A stretch of DNA of 64,000 nucleotides from Lepidodermella squamata (Eukaryota > Animalia > Gastrotricha): contig JBLDXI010000013.1 of the NCBI GenBank assembly GCA_047495785.1, positions 3,782,001 to 3,846,000 on the forward strand, read 5' to 3'. The notes beneath the pieces were generated by a model, which made no database searches, was not told the origin of the DNA, and was given only the letters and a program-made list of their open reading frames with translations. Shown here piece after piece: positions 50,701-61,046 of this stretch (positions are counted from its first letter, which is position 1; every line of letters begins with the position of its first letter). Position numbers and translations under genes: made by a program.

Positions 50701-51541
50701 GCAGCTCAACGACGTCGTTTGATACAAACGAAGGCGGCAGCTCGGCGGCAATCGTCGCCTCCACTTCAAGCCAGCCTAAACTCTGCTGAGCTACCTCGCC
50801 AACGCCTTTCAATTCCACCCTCAGTAGATTTTGACGTGTTTCTTCTGAAGAGCTGTGTAAACAATGGCGCCAGTCGAGTGTGCCGTGCATCCGCAACGTT
50901 GGTATCCATGATTCATGGCTTTGTCGGTATTCTAGTAAGTAAACAGTCACCGGAAGTCTCGTATTCATAAGATACTCAACCATTGCTCGTAGCGACGACG
51001 GGCTTTTATTACTTGGCAGGGGTACATTCAGCGCAAACTGGCTGCTGCTGTCGGGTGAGAAGCAAATTTCCGGTGCGGCCAAGTACAGATCAGAGACAAA
51101 TCGACTGCCCGAGTAACAGCAAACCAGCTGAACAACCGGTCTTTCGCCGGCTGGTAGGTTATCAACCGAGCTATAATCGACCAACCCACAGGCACGTCTC
51201 AGAGAAAACTGAATAGGCAGATGTTCCAACGACGCCAAATCGCCATAGTTATCAGGCGAACTGGGTTGAACGATCACGTTGTTGTGGTAGCCAGGGTTGA
51301 TATCAGCGACTTTCGCGACAATTTTCCCGGGCGATTTTTGCGGGTTTTCATGACGTAATTTGCGGACGACTTGATCTAAAACGCCGCTTCTTCGAATTTG
51401 ATAAGCGATTGTTTCTGGGTCATTGACAGCATTTGATGAAATCAGGTCGTCCAGAATGTTTTCCCAACGATTTTGGAATTCAGGGTCGGAAGAAATCGCT
51501 TTTCGCACCGTTTCCAGAATTACGGCTTTTTCAGTTGCCAT
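47770..51541 (-). CDS. CEP76: Centrosomal protein of 76 kDa (exon 1 copy A 51541..50360; exon 2 48651..47770)
   Basis: TLDWR.CL, VELKGVG, F..YARLW..DF, LFV.DE.G, GRLIETP.Q.ARFVSL, LLCS..LG.GL.AFVC.G, FWDPLTG, RV...PY.E...AVWLMLA. Confidence 0.9.
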
Positions 51542-51644
51542 TGTTAAAACAATTGATTTGAGATTTTGAAAACGTCCGAAGAGCCAGAAAATTGGTCATC
51601 AAGCTGAAAGCACAATTTGAACGATCTTCGACTGCACAGACAGA
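48997..51644. repeat. Tandem segmental duplication, copy A (lacks 111 bp present in copy B)
   Basis: Matches 51643..54401 at offset 2646, then at offset 2757. Identical ORFs appear twice in the track. Confidence 0.95.
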
Positions 51645-54401
51645 TCTAACCAGCATAACTGTAGCCCTACCCTCTACATCTTAAAACAGCGGAAGTAATT
51701 CCTAATTGTCAGAGAAAAAGAGGCCATCCACTTTCCGCTCAGTCAACTGCTCTGTACTATTTTTCTTGTTTTTCTCCGACCACTCATTAGAGGCGAAGTT
51801 TTTTGGTGAATTTCTAACAGAGTGAAACCGAAAAGGAAAGGGTGGAGCACCAGCTCGAAAAATATCGAAAATTAATATCTGCTAGCCATCACAGGACTAG
51901 CAGAAGAAAATTGACTTGAGGCAACAAAACAACTGGCGACCCCAGGAAAGAAAAGCTGATGGATCATTCGTGATCGAGGGGCGAGGGGCAAGTTTGATAC
52001 AAGGCCGAGTCTGCATCTTGAAATACTTATGGGAGCGTCTATAAAGCAGGGCAAATTTTCCGAAAGGCCAGTTTTTGCTAAAAAGCCGGAAATTATACAA
52101 AACAAATGCTTCCGGGCGAAATGATATCCTAAGCGATGTTACAAGTTATTTTCATGCTAATAGCTGAGTAATTGAGGCTTGCTTTGCGCAGTTGGAACGA
52201 TTGCTCTTCTCATTCTTCTTTTCGCCACTATTGCACGCGATTTCCAGATTTATACAGCTAAAAGCCATACAAAAACATATGTTCAGCAGCCGGATGGCTA
52301 CTATGCGGCAGAAGTGGGCGACGAGTCCACTGGAAAAATTGGGTTAATTGCATTCAGGGCACCTACTAACCACTACTACTTTGGATTGCTGGACGGGAAG
52401 GTGGATAGTGCCAAACTTTGCACGAGGCTAGTTGATCGACACAGGCAGTATTGGCCCGCTAAGAATTGACTTGACCGTTTTTATTCTTGATTGTTGATTC
52501 TTCGAAGCCCAGTCACCATTTCTGGTGGAATTCTCGGGATTTAGCTTTGAGCAATGGAAGGTTAACAAGTTACTGTTTAGAGGTTGGTGCCCTCGAACTG
52601 GTGTTTACTTAGCCATTTGATGACTCAATGCCCTTGGAATGATAGAAAATGCCCGCAGAACTCGACCGCCTGTTGTTCAGCAGAGCGGCAGAAAAATCTG
52701 GAAAAGCCACTCTGAAATCGATTTTAGATGTTTATGAGAATGCAACTTGCAATTAATTTCAAAAAGGAATTATAATTTACTTGAAAGTGAAGGAAGATTA
52801 CAACGAATATTAACTATAAGTATCTACTACGATTTATTGGTCGTATTAATTTTTTTGCTCTTTTTGTTTCCTTCTATGTTGATTACAATTATTATTGATT
52901 CGCTGGTTGTCGCTGTCAATAAATCGAATCGCATCTCAGAATAAATATGTTCTTCGAAGTACAATAAATCCCAGTACTCCACTATCAAAGATAGCTGTGG
53001 AATCCTGATCAATCTTCAAATCGAGACATCTCGTAATGTAGAGAAAATTTTCCTTTTTCACTTGGTGAATTTCTACTCATTTTAGAAACTCCGTAAAATT
53101 GGTTCTGATCACTCACCGTAGTTGAAGAGATTAGTGACGCTTCAACAGAGAACCACACATCATCGAGCTCGTGGCTGCTGCCGGTGCCGGCCTGCAGTTC
53201 CCGCGGCGCCGCGCTCAGCAGGCTCACAAATCGCGCGCACTGCTGCGGCGTTTCAATGAGCCGGCCAGGGGCGAAGTGCGGCTGGACGAACGATGCCGGG
53301 AAGCGCACAGCCCCGCGCTCGTCGTGCACAAACAGCTTAACAGCGCGTCGCGCCAGCGCCACCGCGTTCAATTCGATAAAATCCTTGTGCCACAGGCGCG
53401 CGTAGTTGATGAACGCGCGGTCCGCCTCGGTGCGTTTCGACGTTTCGATCGTCAAGTGCAGCTCAACGACGTCGTTTGATACAAACGAAGGCGGCAGCTC
53501 GGCGGCAATCGTCGCCTCCACTTCAAGCCAGCCTAAACTCTGCTGAGCTACCTCGCCAACGCCTTTCAATTCCACCCTCAGTAGATTTTGACGTGTTTCT
53601 TCTGAAGAGCTGTGTAAACAATGGCGCCAGTCGAGTGTGCCGTGCATCCGCAACGTTGGTATCCATGATTCATGGCTTTGTCGGTATTCTAGTAAGTAAA
53701 CAGTCACCGGAAGTCTCGTATTCATAAGATACTCAACCATTGCTCGTAGCGACGACGGGCTTTTATTACTTGGCAGGGGTACATTCAGCGCAAACTGGCT
53801 GCTGCTGTCGGGTGAGAAGCAAATTTCCGGTGCGGCCAAGTACAGATCAGAGACAAATCGACTGCCCGAGTAACAGCAAACCAGCTGAACAACCGGTCTT
53901 TCGCCGGCTGGTAGGTTATCAACCGAGCTATAATCGACCAACCCACAGGCACGTCTCAGAGAAAACTGAATAGGCAGATGTTCCAACGACGCCAAATCGC
54001 CATAGTTATCAGGCGAACTGGGTTGAACGATCACGTTGTTGTGGTAGCCAGGGTTGATATCAGCGACTTTCGCGACAATTTTCCCGGGCGATTTTTGCGG
54101 GTTTTCATGACGTAATTTGCGGACGACTTGATCTAAAACGCCGCTTCTTCGAATTTGATAAGCGATTGTTTCTGGGTCATTGACAGCATTTGATGAAATC
54201 AGGTCGTCCAGAATGTTTTCCCAACGATTTTGGAATTCAGGGTCGGAAGAAATCGCTTTTCGCACCGTTTCCAGAATTACGGCTTTTTCAGTTGCCATTG
54301 TTAAAACAATTGATTTGAGATTTTGAAAACGTCCGAAGAGCCAGAAAATTGGTCATCAAGCTGAAAGCACAATTTGAACGATCTTCGACTGCACAGACAG
54401 A
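51643..54401. repeat. Tandem segmental duplication, copy B
   Basis: Starts GATCTAACCAGC like copy A and ends GCACAGACAGA like copy A. Carries an extra 111 bp at 51825..51935. Confidence 0.95.
53117..54298 (-). CDS. CEP76: CEP76 exon 1, duplicate copy B (adjacent to the native upstream region)
   Basis: Translation identical to the 50252..51541 ORF, with the same GTGAGT donor. Confidence 0.85.
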
Positions 54402-55307
54402 AGTCCCAGTCAATAAGCCGTTTTGCAAGGTCCAAGTAAAAATTCTAAAATAAAACAAAAAATCCATCAATTATCAAAACTGTCTTATACGTGTGCAGTT
54501 GAACTGCGTTTTTATTCCAGTAATTTAGTGTTGAAAAAGCTTCGGAAACAGTATTGATTGCAACATTATTATGAAAGGAGAAAGCAGTTGTGGACGAAAA
54601 CAGGAGAAAGAAAAGATTATAGCACATTTTCTGAGGTTTTATATAACAATAGAACTGTTCAAAGCAGTTTAAAGTCGTAAGAGTTAACAGAATATAGAGA
54701 AAAGTCAGAATATATGGTGTTGAGTTAACATTCCTTTGTCACTACGGAAAGCATAGCTGACGAGATTGAGGATAGGTTTGATATGAGCACATGTTATAAA
54801 ATATTGATTGTTGTCAAAACGTCTCTTTTTATAAAAAAAAAAAACACGAGGCTAGCAGTCTCCACCAAAAAAATAAAGGCAGCTGCATAGAACGCTGTAG
54901 AAGTCGATAAGTTTTCTCAAGCTGTTGATTTTGTCACAATGAATAAACACAACCTGATAACTAGAGATAATAACGATATTATTATAATTGAATAATGATT
55001 AATTAGCTAACATCCTATTTGATATGCATATTGACGCTGTGTGTGTACAAATAATGAGAACTCGCATCGTAAAGAGGTATATGATAATAAACACATGCTG
55101 CACACCAGGTTTTCAACGTTGAGAAACGATGAGCCATCAAACAACAGCACGTCTTTGGTTAAAGATCTTTGTACAAAAAATTGTCATAGACTATTTAATG
55201 ACACCACACGTTCAACAATAAAATTCACAGATATCCAACATGTAAGAGTTGCGCAGCAGCTCGAGATTGTCAGATCATGTCATAAATAACAAAAGGCGGA
55301 TTCACAT

Positions 55308-56489
55308 TCATTGCAAACCATTGGCGTAACTTTCGAAAATGCGTTTATCATAGTACCGAGAGCCGAACTGTGAATGCCAGCGCGAAACTGGATCGTCCAT
55401 TTGAGGAGCATAATTGTTAGTAGGTCGCATTGAGTGAGGATGATGATGAGACGGCGGAGGCATTGAGTGATGGCCGCCATTACGTGGCATCATGGCACCA
55501 GAATTGTGAGTTATAGCTGGTCTTGGCGAAGACATGCCGTGGTTTCGTTCACTTGTGTATGTCGATGCATGACTTGTTGGGCGTCGAGGCGATGACTGGT
55601 AAGGCGAGGTACTTCGATTGGAAGAAAGTAGTGGAGCAAGTAGCAAGAAGGCCAATGTAATCGAAAAGCCTACTAATAAGGCTAGGCATCCCAATGCTAT
55701 GCAAGTTATTACTGTAGGAACTCGAGCTTTGTCCATGATTGCAGGCCAGCAACCTCTCAACTTATTCCAACGTTCGCTGGAATACGCCGCGACATTCAGG
55801 CTGGCAAGCTGGATATCTTCAACGCATTTCATGAATTGTCCCTTCTTGCAGCAAGCCAGGGGAATCAGTAAATTATAACGCTGCGCTCCAGAAGTCGAGT
55901 TGATGGTGAATCGCCTATTCCAGTTTTGAGCATATTCGAAGTTACGATAATCATCTACTCCGCAGCAATCATAATCTCGAGCAACAAAAGTAACAAGTCG
56001 ACTGTAAGTATCTCCGTATCTGTCACCTCGGTATTTGTTAGCAATGGTCCAGTTTGCACGTTGCTTGATGAAATCGTTCATGTTATTGCCGAAAGCGAAA
56101 TACAAAATCAACCCAGTGACAATTGTAGCCAAATAAACCGCCATAAATATAATATACAACAATATGGTCCAGCGTCGAGGGCAACTTGCTATAAAAGTGC
56201 CCCAGAGAGCCCAGAAAAATAAGAAAAATCCGAAAATCATTAAGCCGACTATAAATTCAGTTCCAAATATTGCACGCATATCCAAGTATTGCTCAGTGGT
56301 TACGGATCTGCCATTTATTTCGACAAGCAGATCGTGCATCCGAGGTTGATATAAAGAGCGAAGCAAAGATGAACCACCCAGGAGGACAGCGCCAATTGTA
56401 CCAATGCCAGCTCCACCCAACATGATACCCATGTTGGCTATAATCCAGCACACAACGAGCCCGAATCCAACTTGACCAGCAACACTCAT
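55308..56489 (-). CDS. Tetraspanin with extended C-terminal tail, single coding exon
   Basis: Four hydrophobic helices and a large loop with CCG (YDCCGV), PLACC and GC motifs. Confidence 0.88.
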   Translation of the reverse strand: MSVAGQVGFGLVVCWIIANMGIMLGGAGIGTIGAVLLGGSSLLRSLYQPRMHDLLVEINGRSVTTEQYLDMRAIFGTEFIVGLMIFGFFLFFWALWGTFIASCPRRWTILLYIIFMAVYLATIVTGLILYFAFGNNMNDFIKQRANWTIANKYRGDRYGDTYSRLVTFVARDYDCCGVDDYRNFEYAQNWNRRFTINSTSGAQRYNLLIPLACCKKGQFMKCVEDIQLASLNVAAYSSERWNKLRGCWPAIMDKARVPTVITCIALGCLALLVGFSITLAFLLLAPLLSSNRSTSPYQSSPRRPTSHASTYTSERNHGMSSPRPAITHNSGAMMPRNGGHHSMPPPSHHHPHSMRPTNNYAPQMDDPVSRWHSQFGSRYYDKRIFESYANGLQ

Positions 56490-57545
56490 TGTGTTAAGTG
56501 TATTCTAGAATTAAGCAACAAATACAATTAAAGATCGAGCAAAGTAATTATGCAGAAGAATCATGAATCACGAAGTTCTTCTACTCCTAAACCAAGTAAA
56601 GTTAGCTCACGGTTCATAAAAACATTCGAATTTGTGGGCAGCAAAGCGAGAGAATACGATCCAAAGATTCGATTTCTGATTCAACACTCCAGACGCATCC
56701 AACGTCATCATCCGTGACCATGACATCATATAAATTGAAGCTTATATCTACGGCAAGAGCGAACAAGGCGAAAAACATCACACAATGTAAATATGACCAG
56801 AATTCAAGATCGGACACAAGCAGAGCACTGAGCACTACGTCTGCCGACGAAACAATAGCTGCACGACTTCCCATTCTAAAACCGCTTAGCAATCGCGCGT
56901 GACGCGCGCTTCGGTTTGAAATTTCTGATAGCTATCTAATTTTGTAGTAATTAAAATAAATTAGAAAAATATCACAAATTTTAATATTTCATACGTAAAT
57001 CGAATAATAATTTCTTGTTGCTAGGGGAAACGCGTGGGAAGAGCTGTTGACCATACCTTGAGACGATACCTTGAACGACGTGCCGCCATCGATCAGATCT
57101 TCCAAAAAACCGAAGATCCTCGGAGTTGAACTACTGAGAGAACTACTGAAAACAGAATACTTTGCCAACTTTGTCTATACGCAAAGAAGAGGTAACTCGC
57201 CACCTTTTACCTCGGCGTGCGCCCGCTGGAAAGAAGACTGCCTTAGAGCGAATCCAACGTAAACATAATACGTATAAAAAGTTGCTCTTGTTTCCAATTC
57301 GCATGATGTTAAAATGAAATTATCAATGCTGCTTGCTATCCGAATCATGGAAAAAACAAGAGTTACTATGGGTGGCTATGAGTATTATGTCTTCAAAGTG
57401 ACTGTCTGAGAATAATGTCTTCTGAGAAGTTCTTAGTCGAGTAGTTCGAAAGTTATTACATCCAGCGAGAAACGTTAATTTTACGATATGTGTTCATACC
57501 CACTTCGCACACACAGGTTGATACCTACTTTTTAGGAATTTTTAA

Positions 57546-57970
57546 ATGTCAGCAAAAGCTTTGGTTGAGCCCTCTGAGGAGTTTGTTAAAAACTCCGTTC
57601 TTTCACGGAAAGTAGTGATGTTTTCCAAGTCAGCGGATCCTAACTGTCTTTTTTCGAAAAACATCCTTTCGTCGTACAAAATTCGCCCTGATGCACTGCT
57701 TATTCTGGAAATCGATCGACGTCAAGATGTCTGTCAAGTTGAAAACTATCTCGCCTTCGTCTGCAAATCGCCAGATTTTGGCCGCGAAGTACCTAGGCTG
57801 TTTATTGGGGTAAATAACTTCTAATGTGTTGATTTGAACCTTCCCATAATTTCTGATCTGCGATTTAGGGAAGATACTATGGCGGTTGGAAAGAAATTTA
57901 CCGAAACCATGAGTCTGGCGACTTGGAATTCATGCTCAACCAAGTTCGAGCTCTTGTAGATGAACCCTAA
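57546..57970 (+). CDS. Glutaredoxin-like protein with atypical active site DPNC (exons 57546..57809, 57869..57970)
   Basis: KVVMFSKS..P.C...K.IL, LEID, VPRLFIGG.Y.GG and SGDL..ML are glutaredoxin fold motifs. Confidence 0.85.
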
Positions 57971-58139
57971 AGGGTTACAATAAACAGTTTAAAAGTCATA
58001 TTTATTATAATAGCTGATTAAATGTACCTAGTAATTTTGTAGTAAATTGCGTAAATTGATCATTCAGAGTGTATCTTAGACAGTTGTTTATATTGACCTT
58101 GAATATTTTGTAGCGTATCTTATAAAAAGTATCGCCAAT

Positions 58140-59973
58140 ATGGCGCGTTTCAGCAAGCGAGGTACCGCCTTACCTCCGCTCCACAACAGCTCGGCTTACT
58201 TTGGGAAAATTAAAAACGACCTCAGGGAAGGTAACTTCAAAGCAATTTGTACCTTCGCTATTGTTAACATGATTTTTCCAGGTCAGGGCGTCTATATTTA
58301 TAAGAACAAGTTTTTTCGATACGAAGGCGAATGGCATGAGGGAAAGAAACATGGTAAATAAATACAAACAATTATTTTGTGTTTGGTTTGAATTCGAATT
58401 TTTCAAGGCCAAGGAAAGCTTATGATGGCGGACGGCAGCTTTTATGAGGGCGACTTCCATGACGGCGAAATTATTGGAAGAGGCGTCCGTTATTGGGCAG
58501 ATTCTAGAAACCAATACGAAGGCGATTTTGTGAAAGGAGAATGTCATGGCCATGGCCGAATGATTTACGGCAACGGAGGGTCGTATGACGGCGAATTCTA
58601 CCTCAATATTAGAGAGGGCGCTGGAGTCCTAGTTACACCAGAGGGCCACATTTACAAAGGCGAGTTTCATGCTAACAGACGTCACGGAGAAGGCATTCAA
58701 CAGTACTGCGATGGCATGGTCTACGAAGGAAATTGGATAGCGGATTATCGACACGGTCGCGGATTTCTGTCATTTCCTGATGGCAACACTTATGACGGAC
58801 AGTGGCTAGGCGATCGGATGCATGGAGAGGGTCATTACAAGCACTCTACTGGCTATATATACAGCGGGCTTTGGATCGCCGGAATGCCTGCTTTAGGATT
58901 ACCGAAATATTTTAGAATTTCTGTCATCGGCCAGGAAAGCGACGGCACCCAGTGGGCGTCTTCGCCACGAAATACACATGAAATCATTGCGGGAATGCCA
59001 TTACAGCTAAAAATTTCCGTCTGTAATGAAGATGGCGATGTTATTATGGCTGAATCTGGACGGAAAATTCAAATTACTTGCGGCATAAGAGCACCAAAAA
59101 CGGCTCCATCCTCCGAAAATCTGCTGGACACTATTGAAGATTTGAGTTTGCAAACGATGCCGTCACCTCTGTTTGTCAATTTCTCTCTTTCACAGACCCG
59201 TTATTAAATTCATTTTTATTTTTCAGAGGCTTCGAAATCGTGCATTACCCTTTCTCTCCGATCGATCCTGTCTTGAATGTTCAAACCAGCGTTGACGCTC
59301 AGCAATCGGTGGAAAGCTCAGCTGTCACTCAAACCGAACCAGCATCCACCTCGACTAATCAATCCACCCAGGCTGGTTCGTCAGTTTCCGATTCTTCCGC
59401 CGTCATCAACGCCCCAGAAACCACTATACAAATCATGCCTTCCAGTCAAACCTACGAAGAAGTCATTCAAGGTGGCGATGTGACTTTACCTCCACTTTAT
59501 TTGTATCCTTCTACAGAGAACAGGCAAGTTTTGGATTACGACTAGAAAAACCGTTTATTATTGTGGTTTATTATCAGAGTTTTTGCCGCGCTTGAAGCGG
59601 ATGCTCAAGCTCTTCGCGCTGAACTGCAACAACAAGCGTTGAATAATGCTCCACCTCAAACTGCTGGAAAGAAAACAAAACAGTCACCGGCTAGTAATGA
59701 GCCTGAAATTGACCCAACTTACATATTTGGCCAACCAGACCCGAAGAGCGGAATTCGTCCAGGTAATTGAACAGATTCATGCGAAATTTTGATGCATTTT
59801 TCAATATTATTGTAGGTCGCTACATTTTTCTTGTGCGCGATGTAACCGCAGAATCGAATGAAATCATGCCAGAATTCTCAGGCGGTCTATTGCCCACAGC
59901 CACTTTTGTTCTCACCGTCAACTCAGCCGCGCCCGTTCAGCCTAAACCACCTGCTAAGCCGAAAGTTAAATAA
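58140..59973 (+). CDS. MORN1: MORN repeat-containing protein 1, about 6 exons
   Basis: G.GVY.Y.NKFFRYEGEW..GKKHG.GKL...DGSFYEG.F.DGEI.G.G.R.WA, further MORN repeats, and a downstream ESGR motif. Confidence 0.85.
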
Positions 59974-60294
59974 GGTGCTGAGCACGGCTGGTGTAAACAT
60001 GTTATTTGCCAAAAAAAATGTGTCACGTGCTTTTTTTCAAGTAATATATACGTAAAAAATGAGTAAACAATGTTATTATTATTTTTTGTGCCGTTTATTT
60101 TGATCACTCATCTAACCGCAAAAAAATCAACGGTGGTAATGGAAATGTGTAATCACATGATGTCTCACCGCTCACTTCAAAACAATAACAAGGCGGCTAT
60201 TTAAACGCTTACAATCCGGGTGTAAGCAAGAATTCTTTCAAATTATTCAAACCGGTTGTAATTTTCCAAGTGTTGTAATTCTGTTGTTACAAGC

Positions 60295-60777
60295 ATGAAG
60301 CTATTTGTTTACGGTACTTTGAAGCGCGGCCAGCCTAACCATCACTATTTCTCTGAGCCGCAAATGGGTCACGCCAAGTTTCTGTGCAACGCAACTACCG
60401 TCTCGAGGTACCCGATGGTGGTACCCAGTGAGAAGAACCATTCGCGATTTCCATATCTTCTGGACTGGCCTGGCATGGGCAACCGAATCATTGGCGAAGT
60501 TTACGAGGTGGATGAGCACGTGCTCGCGGCATGCGACAAATTCGAAGGCCATCCCGACTACTACTTCCGCCAGGCTATTCAAGTCGAAAGCGATGATGAC
60601 AATCTTATTTTCAACGAAAATGACCTCATCGAATGTTATTTGCTACCTCAAGGCCGCTTTGTACCGAGCCTGTTTGAGGAATACCCGCTGTTATCGTGCT
60701 ATAACTACTTCGCGGCTTATGGTCGCAGTGGTAGCACAGACGATGAAATTTCTGACTTGGACCTGATTATTTCATGA
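60295..60777 (+). CDS. GGACT: Gamma-glutamylaminecyclotransferase, intronless
   Basis: LFVYGTLKRGQPNH, YP.V, PYLL..PG.G..I.GEVYEVD......D.FE.HP.YY.R. Confidence 0.9.
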   Translation: MKLFVYGTLKRGQPNHHYFSEPQMGHAKFLCNATTVSRYPMVVPSEKNHSRFPYLLDWPGMGNRIIGEVYEVDEHVLAACDKFEGHPDYYFRQAIQVESDDDNLIFNENDLIECYLLPQGRFVPSLFEEYPLLSCYNYFAAYGRSGSTDDEISDLDLIIS

Positions 60778-61046
60778 TAATTGTTTTTAACCCTGGTGAT
60801 GTTTTTCACAACCCGGTATATTTTATCATACCAATTATTTTAACGAAATTACTGCCATTCATTAATTAATTCGATTTTTAAAACCGGTATATTCTTTTTC
60901 ATGGAGGCGTCATTTATTTTTTAATGACCCATATTTTCGTTGATTTTTTAATAAAAAAAAGATAATTATTGATCAGTTCTCCGTCAATTTATTTTGCACA
61001 ATTTTCGAAATTTCCCAACAAGATAAAAATAACACAACTTAATTTG

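Noticed and set aside
56614-56902. Short ORFs upstream of the tetraspanin
   Set aside because: Probably 5' UTR exon or promoter sequence; no family similarity.
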